The notes beneath the pieces were generated by a model. The model ran no database searches. It was not told the DNA's origin and saw only the letters and a program-made list of their open reading frames with translations. This document shows positions 1 through 10,500 of a stretch of 64,000 nt of DNA, one piece after another. The stretch is from Octopus bimaculoides (taxonomy: Eukaryota). Both the position numbers and the translations under genes were made by a program. Where the stretch lies: positions 30,637,974-30,701,973 of the forward strand of contig NC_068986.1 in the NCBI RefSeq assembly GCF_001194135.2, written 5' to 3'. Within the stretch, counting starts at the first letter, position 1. Every line of letters begins with the position of its first letter.

Positions 1-1134
1 ATTCCTCCATCTGTCCTTATACAAATGTTACTGTAAATAATTATTCCCTGGATATTCAATGAATATTCAACTACTCTTCCACCATAACCATCAAACAAGA
101 ACTTTTGGGGCTTATTATAAAACAAATAAACCATATCTGTAACATATGTATTATTTTGCATGTATATATGTCTCTCTGTTTCTATGTATATACATAAACC
201 ATATACATGTATATATATATGCATGCATATACATTAAGTAATGATGACACTTACATACATAATTTTGTGTGTTTGTATAAAACTGCACACATTGCTTATA
301 AACTGTATTACTATCTGAAAGTACAGATATGTAGTAATCTAGCAAAAATGTAACTTAGTAAAATGATTTCCATCTAATTTAATAATTTTCCTGAAGGAAA
401 ATGTTATTCTTATGTTCAAAACCTTTTATTTCTCTCAAAACAAAATGAATTCCTTTGGTTCTGAAAATGTGAATGTCATTCTTTTGTCTGTGTTGTAATT
501 TTCATCCATGTACATTGATGCTGTTGACTGCACTGTCATGAGCTTTTAAAAGTTCACATTGAAGTTATTTTAATCTCCAAATCACCTGCTTCAATGTTTC
601 ATATCCATCAAAAGATTGAATTCAAGTCACTGCAGCTGTCTGAATTTAAGGGATTAACATTTTAGAAAGATGGCAGTGTGTGAGTAGCTATTTTAAAGAT
701 TCAATAGCAAAAGTCAAGTTTTATATTTATTTTGTGTTGATATTGTAATTATGACAATGTTGACATACACATTATAATGATGATTGTGGTTGTTTTAATA
801 TGGATTGCAGAGATCTATATCATTTCCTCATTTAAGCCCAATATTCTGAAGAGTAAATCTAACTGCTTTAATTCTCCTGCAAAGTGTTGTGACTAATTCA
901 TAATATTTCTTACCCTGCATACCTCAGATTCACCTGTGTCATCCACATACCACTACATAGTAATCATTTATCTTCTGTAAGCCAACTAATACCTACTGGG
1001 GCTAAACTACAGGTGAGACCATGTGGATAAGACATTTACTTCATAACTACTTGGTTCTGGTTTCAATCCCAAGTGGTCATTGTTCTGCAGGAGTTCAACA
1101 ATCATCTAGTGCTGATTGAATGCAGGGCTAACAG

Positions 1135-1262
1135 AAAGAAAATGACAGGGTAGATTTCTTTGCCCATGCCCTCATGTGCGCCCACTTTCAATTTCATTGT
1201 AAACACATTGGTCTTGATAAGTCATCAGCTTTAATGGAAATTCTTGTCAAGAGAAGTAAAAG
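1135..1262. other. coding-like non-repeat island, strand unresolved
   Basis: The + frame KENDRVDFFAHALMCAHFQFHCKHIGLDKSSALMEILVKRSK is bounded by cag and gtataa. The - frame EFPLKLMTYQDQCVYNEIESGRT-stop follows a pyrimidine-rich acceptor. Confidence 0.25.
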
Positions 1263-1647
1263 GTATAACTCTAAAATTAAAACTTAAATGGAGATGCAGT
1301 GATAATTACAGTAACAAATCCAGGCATATTTTGGTCTTATTAGCATACATGAATGACTGTGAGAGGATATAGTTTTCGTGTGAAAGTTATTTCCTGTCAT
1401 ATATTAGCCAAAAGCCTTTTACTGTTATCCTAGTAGAAATATGTCTGTGATATGATATCATATCTCAGTGTACATCCTATCCAATCAAACCAATAATTTT
1501 GCTTTGACTCTTTGTACTGCTTTCAAAACTTATTAGCTCAAAACCCCATTTATAACTTCCCTCTGTTTTTCCCTCCTTCTCCTCTTCCTTTTGTTATAGT
1601 TTACAATAATGCTGCTAATTAACAACATATAAAATATCTCCCTGTAC

Positions 1648-1830
1648 ATGAGCCAACAAGAGAACTTCTACATGGTCACTCAACCTGCTAGAAAAAGCAT
1701 TCAAATCTTTCTCAAATCATGCTCTGTTGTCATGAAAAATGAGGAACATATTGGACAATGCTAGAATGGTATGGTCACCTCTAAAATACTTTTAGTTTTA
1801 CATCTGCTCAATCGGAGCTAACTTAGATTA
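1648..1830 (+). repeat. interspersed repeat family E (unclassified, decayed)
   Basis: ggtcactcaacctgctagaaa..caaatc and ggtatggtcac..gctaacttag blocks recur at 17395, 37455, 11825/12230, 59040/59425 and, inverted, at 3380. Confidence 0.6.
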
Positions 1831-2340
1831 CAATAATAACTCTTTACAAAAGCCCCTTTATCAAAGCAAATGATAAAATTCCTCTACTTCCAAAAAATCA
1901 GTGATTAAACAGGATACCCTCAATTTGATTTTAATACTATTATGTCTAATTAATTAGTTGATTTTTAATTAGGATTTTAGTTTTATTTTTTTAATTTTGC
2001 GTGAGAGGAAGTAGTTAGATCAAATATCAAGAGCTATATTTTAGCAGAGCATTATAAGAATTATGCTGGGAATATATATTTGATGGGATTTTGTTTAGCT
2101 ATTTCAAAAGTGCTTTAAAAGGTTATAATATTTTTACAAGTGAAATTACATGCCTCAAGTCATTTAGTGCCTTTGGTTGTCAAAGACCAATTCACATTGA
2201 AAATGAATATTCTATAGTTTCAACTTCCTTGATGTGTGCATGCATAAAAGAAAGGCAAAATCTGCTGAACGTTACAAGTGGATTTCAAACCTGTGACCTT
2301 GGATCCTTTCCATTAGTGCTTATTGCTTATAATTGTTCAT

Positions 2341-2465
2341 TTACATGAAAGCACTTTGCCTGAAGCTTTGTTTCTGTTTGAAGCCCAGGTTCCACCAGTC
2401 ATTCATCTCAGTAATATCTCTGAGAGAAGTAGGAAGAGAAGCAGCAGTTGAGCAGTAGAAATAAC
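2341..2465 (-). CDS. candidate terminal exon of minus-strand gene
   Basis: Acceptor ctttcaatctcactgctag. Phase 1 frame (G)YFYCSTAASLPTSLRDITEMNDWWNLGFKQKQSFRQSAFM-stop, matching the 2791 donor phase. An antisense reading is also open. Confidence 0.3.
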
Positions 2466-2790
2466 CTAGCAGTGAGATTGAAAGCCAAGTATAAATTATC
2501 AAAGATGGCAGAACATGTGAACATGAAAATCATAAATGTGTAAACTTGGTGTTGGGTGGAGGTGGGGGATTTGAAAGTGTATGTGTGTATGTGTTTGTGT
2601 ATCCAAAACCTTTCAATATGATTGATATAGGACCCAACAGACATCTAATGTCTAATAAAATTAGATGTGAATAAATGATTACGAGGTCTGTGAGATTCAT
2701 CTGTGAGGTTATTTAACAAATAAAGTAGATAAATTTCTTCAATGAGGATTTAGAATGTATAAGACTAATACTTCATTTAGTCTTTTTTAC

Positions 2791-2885
2791 CCCAAATGCT
2801 TCTTTTACAACTGAATTCACTACTAAAAGTATTGTGTGCATGGTAGATGTTCTCACTTGGTACTGCACTGAGAAAAGTCTGAAAC
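2791..2885 (-). CDS. candidate penultimate exon of minus-strand gene
   Basis: Acceptor tatttatctaccag and donor GG|gtaaaa. Phase 2 to 1 frame FQTFLSAVPSENIYHAHNTFSSEFSCKRSIW(G). An alternative acceptor at 2969 gives a different frame. Confidence 0.3.
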
Positions 2886-3178
2886 CTGGTAGATAAATAG
2901 TTGATTCAAATAAATGGATGGAATTGTTTAAGTGATCAAAACTATGTAGAGAAGAAATCAACAGGTTCTGAAAAGAAGCAGTAACTTTTCAGGTTGGTTA
3001 ACTTATAACAATTACTTGTGGCATTGTAAGCTCTTGCAGAGACAATCAATCTACATCTGAAGTCCTTTTGTCTGTAGTAATAAATAGCTCAGTAAAAGTA
3101 ATAAATTCTTTTTTTACTTGACCTCATTTCTCTTAGCAATTGATTCTCTGGATATCCTAGGTTCTTTAGTCTCCAGTG

Positions 3179-3369
3179 CAGTGGTTTTTAAACTTGGAAG
3201 TTTCAGGATTCCACTAAGGGAATTTATATTTAGGTTGAAAAATTCATTATCAAAATTCACACTTTTTTCCCCCCTGTACTAAACTAAATTTTCCTTTAAT
3301 GCATGGCTGTTACTGTTATGAAGGGGGAAAACAAATCAGAATGGTAAGTAAAGGGATTAAGAAACACTG
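3179..3369. mobile_element. hAT-like MITE, decayed
   Basis: TIRs cagtggtttttaa and ttaagaaacactg; no TSD retained. Confidence 0.5.
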
Positions 3370-5162
3370 GGAAAGTTATTATTGTTGTTTAGCCCAAGGT
3401 CAGTCTGATTAAGCACACTTATTACCAAGGGCTTTTCAATTGTAGGGGGGGGGGGGGTCCAACAAGCCTTGGATATTTTAACAGCATAGATTTGGCTGCT
3501 ATTTCTAATAAAGAATTGCTTTTATTGTAGCTTTTCTCTCTCCTTTATCTCTTTCATTACCTCTTCCCTCTACTGCTAACACCCCAGAAATATTGTGTAC
3601 CATGCTGATGTGAGTGAGATGTATAGAAACAAAGGTTGAGGATCTTCAAAAGCTCTATAGAGAACACGTTAGATATGTACAATGTACCTACTATAAGAGA
3701 TGGACTGACTGAATCTGTGTCAGGAAAGTGCTTAATAATTAAACTTCAAATGTGAGACAAGAATAAATCTTGGGTGTTTATGATTAGAGGAAGTGGTAGA
3801 GACTTAGAAAATCTTGGAATGATGTGGTCCAGACTAAAGTAAAATAGAATTCCAGAATTTGTGATAAGAAATAACTAAGAAGGGAGTCAGTCATTAAGAA
3901 AAATGCTGTTCTGCATAACTTATAAACTCCTGATAGCATAATTGTCATAAGTAAAATTGTGTAGCCTCTCAACAACAAAACAAACAAATAAAAAAGAAAA
4001 GCTAATGGAATGTGTAGACTCCTTGTACTGATAAATTCAGTTGCTAAAGAGCTCTCTTAATGAAGCATTTTAATCTCAACAAAAGCTATAATACCTCTTT
4101 CTACTGAATACTACTAATTTAAAGATTGGCTTAATCTGTGCTTGACTACTAATCAGTCAAAACTTTAGTTGTTAGATGAAAGGTCATTAGTAAATGATCA
4201 GCTTGTATTTTGCTTTGTACATATATGTGTGTGAATATATGCACGTGTGTGTGTGTGTGTGTGTATTATGATACTTTATGGTAATTATATATATATTTTT
4301 TGCCTGCTTGATGTTTTTTCTCTTTAATATCCACATATTTGTTTTACACAAGAAAATGGTATTTTATCACTAATAGGACATAATTTATTTGCTTTAATGT
4401 AGTGATAATTGTTTGCCATTTCATTCCCAAACTATTATGTATTTGTTTTTTAAATTGTCATCGTCATAGTTTTTGATGTCTCTATTACTATGGTGCTGCA
4501 TGGGTTGGATAAAGGGTATATATAAAATAAGATATAAAATATATGTAAATATTTTAGTGGTGCCATAGAACTTGGTGAACAAGTGTCACATAAAGTGTGA
4601 TGAAAAATTGATAACACTAACTTGCTGGAATAATAAACTAATAGTTTTTTTATTGACAAATGTGACTCTATCAAAGCATAGTTTCAAAACATAATAATAA
4701 AAAAAATAATGATAATTTTGTATATTTTTATATTAATTTACATTTTGGAAAATTATAGTTTATTTTGTTGATAACAGAATTATGTATGGTTATAGTGGAA
4801 ATATCTTATTTCACAAGACAAGATTTTTGTTTTCATTTCATAATTTGCCAACAAAGGAGCCCCTTTGTGGTCATGCTGCTTCTACTTAGAGCCAAGTCCC
4901 CCGCAAATCATTCTCTAACCTGTTAAAAAAGACACTTTGGGGAATCTAGTCATTAGTACCCGAAAATAAAAGCAAGAATATCATAACTATTATATAGTTA
5001 CTTGAAGTGACCACAGTAACTTTCTGGTGCCTTCAAGAAGAGAAGCAAAGCTGCCTCTCAGATTTGAATGAAGAAATGCAGATCATGGAATTAGAAAGCA
5101 TAAAGTATCTAGTCTGGCACTAACACTTGGAATAAGTTCCTTGCTTTCACAACACTTAGAAC

Positions 5163-5345
5163 CATCATTATCATTTAATATCTGTTTTCTATGCTGGCAT
5201 GAATCAGTCAGGATCCAATGAGCTGCAAGGCTGCATCAATCTCTATTGTCACTTAGATGTGGTTTCTACAGTTGGGTGCCCTTCCTAATGCCAATTATTT
5301 TATAGTGAGTGTGTACTGGATCCCATTTTCATGCCACCGTCACTA
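5163..5345 (-). mobile_element. family F element, decayed
   Basis: catcattatcatttaatatctgttttctatgctggcatg..tttctacagttgggtgcccttcctaatgccaa. Confidence 0.65.
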
Positions 5346-5972
5346 GTCATCATGTAATTTGCAAGAATGGAAAAGGCCCCCATTGACTAAGTAAGTGGGT
5401 GGCTGGCTTTATGGCAGGTGTTAAGAGGTTAGAATATCCATAATAAAGTTATTGTAGCTTATTGTAATGAGTGGCAGTGAATTCTATTGCTGTTTCAATG
5501 TCAATGCCCCGTACATAAAATGCTTTTTGTTCCAGTTGAGCAAATATCAATTGACATGAAATGGAAAGGATTTACAGCAAATCAGAATATAAAATTTTAT
5601 TTGCTACAATTGAATAAATGAAATAATGTGTTTATTCTTTGGATATGAATCCATTTGTGAAATACCTAGAATTACAAATGACTGCCAGTCTGGTTTTGCA
5701 GAGATAATCAACCATTGGCAGGAATGAAAATTTGTGAAATTTGTCAGAAATTTTTTTTTTTTTTTTATCATTAGCCTTTAATCTAAAGGTGATGGATTGA
5801 CAAAATCATTAGAGTCTCAGTATGTAGTTATAGCATTCCATATTAGGTGTTCATGTCCCACCTTTCAGGATTGGTAATGTAAATTATCTCTCAAATACTG
5901 GGATTGATGAAATCAACCGTTCCTCACCCTCTGAAATTTATGGCCTTGCACTTATGTTAAAAATCATTAAAC

Positions 5973-6226
5973 TATTAAGTAAAGGCTATTTTCCAGTATA
6001 ATATAGCTGTCATGGAAGGGACAATTGTTACTGTTGTTTTGCCCCAGGAAACATCGTTTCCAGCTGGCTATACGACACAATGTCTGTGTCCTTATTTTTT
6101 CGAACTGGACACAGATATTGTGTTCGTATAGCCACCTGGAAGCAACGTTTCCTGAGGCTAAATAACAGTAACAATCGTCTCTTCCAGGACAGCCACATTA
6201 TGTTGGCAAATAGCCTGTTACTGAAT
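5973..6226. mobile_element. fold-back MITE-like element (~120-bp imperfect arms, 15-nt spacer)
   Basis: Core arms 6006-6091 and 6107-6193 are reverse complements at roughly 85% identity. Pairing extends to about 5973 and 6226. Confidence 0.75.
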
Positions 6227-6296
6227 ATCTCTCTTTGAGAGATTTAGAAATAATAATGTTTCCATTATACTTTTCTCTTTTAATTATGGCATCTAG

Positions 6297-6522
6297 AAGG
6301 TTGCAAGCTGGCAGAATCGTTAGCAGCATTTCATCTGTCTTTACATTCTGTGTTCAAATTCTGCTGAGGTTGACTTTGCCTTTCATCTTTCCATGGTCAA
6401 CAGAATAAAGTACCAGTTGAGCATTGGGATCGATGTAATCAATAACCCTCCCTCCCACACACACACACACACACACCAATTCCCCGAAAATTTCAGGCTC
6501 TGTGCCTATAGTAGAAAGGAAT
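6297..6522 (+). mobile_element. tRNA-derived SINE, family C
   Basis: gagctggcagaatcgttagc head, gttcaaattc B box, and gactttgcctttcatc..aataagtaccag body shared with several other copies. Confidence 0.8.
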
Positions 6523-7416
6523 TTTGGCATATAGTCATTCTTTCAGTGTTATACTATGAGATATCAACTTAAGATTATCTTAGATATATTAGGATACTCT
6601 TAGTCCTTCAGCTGAACTATTTGACTTTGAACTACATTCATGTTATATTTCCTGGAGGATATCGCAAGAACTGATCTTGTTTTGTTAATATCAGTAACAG
6701 TTTATATCTTAAATGCTGTTAGACTTCCTGAAGTACTTCCTGGAGGTATCATTTTATAATTTCATTTAATTCAATTGTAATTCAACATAATTAATTTACT
6801 GTGTATACAGTGTTTCACTGACTTTCACAGGATGTCCAATTTTGGGAAAGCTGTTCTTGTAAAGTATATCATATGTAAAGTTATTTTAAATGCTAAGAAG
6901 ATATTGCTGCTGAAATGTACCTGTTAGATAAGCTTTAGCTTTAAATACACTTTCACTAAGATCACTAAGTTGTTCTTGGTTTTTTTGTTTTTTTTTTTGG
7001 TGGGTTTTTTGTTTTGTTATTTCTGTTAATATTGGCTAGAATTTTATACGGAACTGAGATATATATTGCAAGACTGGCTTAACTCATTCATAGAAATATG
7101 AACTAGCTTTAAAAACCAGTCTGAGAATTTGATATGTTTTTTAGGTAGATATACTTTCATCACATCTACCTTACTATCATCCTACATAAAGTTGCTGATG
7201 TAGTAAACAACGCTATATATAGTTTTTCATGCTAAAATTAGAGGAAATCTTTTTTCTTGTACAGCTTTCAATAGACTTGTAAAATTTCAACTCTAGTTCA
7301 GTGATATTCTCCAATTTGTGTTTGAGGATATTTTTAAGGAATTAATTTTGTTTTTTTCTAAACTGTTTTAATATTAGTTTCTCCAAGTTGTTTCTTTTCG
7401 TCTTTGTTTTTACTTA

Positions 7417-7496
7417 CTGTTCTTTGGTTTAAGTTGCTAAGTAAGGAACTAGATGAATTAGAATAGATCTTTCTTTCAAAACTAGTGTTGCTTCGA
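7417..7496 (-). CDS. candidate exon of minus-strand gene
   Basis: Branch-like gctgac plus acceptor cttccttcctag, and donor ACA|gtaagt. Phase 2 to 0 frame RSNTSFERKIYSNSSSSLLSNLNQRT. Confidence 0.4.
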
Positions 7497-7572
7497 CTAG
7501 GAAGGAAGTAGTCAGCAAAACAAAAAAAAAACAGTATCGATTGAAGGAGTTTTAAATCAAGTGAGTGATTAC

Positions 7573-7632
7573 CTAACTGTTTCCCATTCCTGTTGAGAGA
7601 TTTTATTGCAATCTCCAGCTGTTGACTTTCTA
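7573..7632 (-). CDS. candidate exon of minus-strand gene
   Basis: Acceptor ttttatgccag and donor AG|gtaatc. Phase 2 to 2 frame RKSTAGDCNKISQQEWETV(S), joined by a 76-nt intron to 7496. Confidence 0.3.
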
Positions 7633-8051
7633 CTGGCATAAAACTTCTTATGATGTACAAATTACCACCATATAACTTAGCTTCAGTCAAACCTCATGTC
7701 AGTTATCAACTTTATATATTACTTATTATACAATATGCCCTTTTAATGTCCATGTTGCATACTACAGCAACATGGAAAATGGAACAAATACTCATAATTC
7801 AACAGCTTTCTCAGACACAAACACTCCACAAAAATGTACTTTTTTTTCTCACATTGATGCAGGATTTGACATATAATGATAATAGCAATAATCTCAAATT
7901 AATGTGGCTACATGCTTTAAACCATGAAAAAAAATGGATAGGTTATAATTGGGGCTTATGGGGGAGGGAGGGTCCATCTCTCATTAGTTGGCATGATGTG
8001 TGGCCAATATTTGTTATTTTAAATTCTAATCCATTTCTCTTCCCCTCTCTC

Positions 8052-9225
8052 TGTCTCTATCTCCATCCTCTATCTATCTCCATCCTCTATCTATCTCCAT
8101 CCTCTATCTATCTCCATCCTCTATCTATCTCCATCCTCTATCTATCTCCATCCTCTATCTATCTCCATCCTCTATCTATNNNNNNNNNNNNNNNNNNNNN
8201 NNNNNNNNNNNNNNNNNNNNNNNNNNNNNNNNNNNNNNNNNNNNNNNNNNNNNNNNNNNNNNNNNNNNNNNNNNNNNNNNNNNNNNNNNNNNNNNNNNNN
8301 NNNNNNNNNNNNNNNNNNNNNNNNNNNNNNNNNNNNNNNNNNNNNNNNNNNNNNNNNNNNNNNNNNNNNNNNNNNNNNNNNNNNNNNNNNNNNNNNNNNN
8401 NNNNNNNNNNNNNNNNNNNNNNNNNNNNNNNNNNNNNNNNNNNNNNNNNNNNNNNNNNNNNNNNNNNNNNNNNNNNNNNNNNNNNNNNNNNNNNNNNNNN
8501 NNNNNNNNNNNNNNNNNNNNNNNNNNNNNNNNNNNNNNNNNNNNNNNNNNNNNNNNNNNNNNNNNNNNNNNNNNNNNNNNNNNNNNNNNNNNNNNNNNNN
8601 NNNNNNNNNNNNNNNNNNNNNNNNNNNNNNNNNNNNNNNNNNNNNNNNNNNNNNNNNNNNNNNNNNNNNNNNNNNNNNNNNNNNNNNNNNNNNNNNNNNN
8701 NNNNNNNNNNNNNNNNNNNNNNNNNNNNNNNNNNNNNNNNNNNNNNNNNNNNNNNNNNNNNNNNNNNNNNNNNNNNNNNNNNNNNNNNNNNNNNNNNNNN
8801 NNNNNNNNNNNNNNNNNNNNNNNNNNNNNNNNNNNNNNNNNNNNNNNNNNNNNNNNNNNNNNNNNNNNNNNNNNNNNNNNNNNNNNNNNNNNNNNNNNNN
8901 NNNNNNNNNNNNNNNNNNNNNNNNNNNNNNNNNNNNNNNNNNNNNNNNNNNNNNNNNNNNNNNNNNNNNNNNNNNNNNNNNNNNNNNNNNNNNNNNNNNN
9001 NNNNNNNNNNNNNNNNNNNNNNNNNNNNNNNNNNNNNNNNNNNNNNNNNNNNNNNNNNNNNNNNNNNNNNNNNNNNNNNNNNNNNNNNNNNNNNNNNNNN
9101 NNNNNNNNNNNNNNNNNNNNNNNNNNNNNNNNNNNNNNNNNNTCTGTCTATCTCTGTCCTCTGTCTGTCTGTCTGTCTGTCTATCTCTGTCCTCTGTCTG
9201 TCTGTCTGTCTGTCTATCTCTGTCC

Positions 9226-9256
<31 letters not shown>

Positions 9257-9322
9257 CTGTCCTCTGTCTGTCTGTCTGTCTATCTCTGTCCTCTGTCTGT
9301 CTATCTCTGTCCTCTGTCTATC
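8052..9322. repeat. compound pyrimidine-rich minisatellite spanning an assembly gap
   Basis: The left side has ~7 copies of the 17-mer tctatctatctccatcc. The right side has tctgtctatctctgtcc with variable (TCTG)n. Ns run from 8180 to 9142. Confidence 0.9.
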
Positions 9323-9547
9323 TATTATTTTTTATAAACTTTTTCATGTATTATTGTTCTCTCTTAAAATATATTCTAATGAAATATGCTTTCTTTCCTT
9401 TGGTATTTGTTTGATATTTATACTTCTTTCTGTGTTCAATAGAAATGGCTGGGTGGTTAAATTTGCTTCAACTGCATGATGGCCTTCAGGTTGTGAATTA
9501 CAGTATTTTAACATGTATAAAGAAAATTTAGAAAAAAATGGCTTTGT

Positions 9548-9645
9548 AAGGGATTATTATACTATCCATGTATAAGAAACCCCCATTTTTTAAACCTAAT
9601 TTTTGACAAAAAAGGGGTTCCTTATACACATTAAGATATGGTAAA
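9548..9645. mobile_element. small Tc1/pogo-like MITE remnant
   Basis: Inverted blocks gtataagaaacccc and ggggttccttatac, with a ..atatggta end. Confidence 0.4.
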
Positions 9646-10309
9646 TCCTTGACTTTGCTTTGTGTCAATAAGTAGAAAATATTGATTTACTTAGACACTA
9701 CTTTCCATTCATTGTTAAATAGTTGTCATTTAAAATAGTCTGTCTCTCTAAAATACGTACTTCAATAGTACATTTCTAATGTATAAATTCATAAAAACTA
9801 TTCATAACAAAATGAATCTGATGTTGAAGTCATTAAAATCTTATGTTTAAAATTAAAACTAATAGCAATTCTCTAGCTTGTTACTAAATGATTTTTTTTT
9901 CTTTTTTCATCGTCATTGTTATTTTGCTATCTTTAAGAGTTCTGCTAAAAGCTATTTATTTCAGTGTTTTTAAAGAAGACTTAGAGCTATGATACCAAAA
10001 CTTAGCATTAAAAACAAAAGTTAATCAGTATCAGTCTATACTAGTATTTAATGAGTACATCATTCATTCTGTGAAGTTTTTTGAATAAACCAACAAATAC
10101 ATATGGCTGCATGGTTAAGAAGTTGGTTTTGCAATCATTTGGCTTTGGGTTTCACTCAGGGATATGGTACTATGAGCAAGGGTCTTCTATAACCTCGAAC
10201 TGTGCAGAAACCTGTGTGTGTGTGTGTGTTTCTCTGCATGTCTTTATATTGACACTTTCACTAACAAAGATGTTTCTTGTCTTCTGTAAGCAAAACATCT
10301 AGCAGAGTT

Positions 10310-10500
10310 CAACTTGTATGGTAGAATCATTAGCACATCGGACAAAGTGCTTAGCGGCATTTCTTCCAGCTCTTTACATTCTAAGTTCAAATCCTGCCTA
10401 GGTCATCTTTACCTTTAATTCATTCAGGGTCAATAGAAAAAGTACCAGTCAAATACTGGAGTTGATGTAATCAATTTACTCCCCCTCCTCTTAAAATTGC
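10310..10500 (+). mobile_element. SINE family C copy
   Basis: Colinear with 6297-6522. Confidence 0.75.

Noticed and set aside
586-639. Minus-strand 54-nt splice-bounded segment with a single in-frame TGA (TAAVT*IQSFDGYETLKQ) as a selenoprotein exon
   Set aside because: It matches no selenoprotein motif I know and no SECIS was seen. Chance splice sites or UTR explain it equally well.
8052-8179. Regular 17-bp repeat as a CRISPR array
   Set aside because: It is head-to-tail tandem with no unique spacers, in a eukaryotic context with no cas genes.
9440-9476. NRNGWVVKFAST here, QGRNTIISKLT at ~32835-32870 and NQNIRLT at ~60725-60745 (minus) as Smurf exon 1
   Set aside because: The first has no donor and is a decayed SINE head. 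The second lacks an ATG and has a weak donor. The third is on the wrong strand and side.
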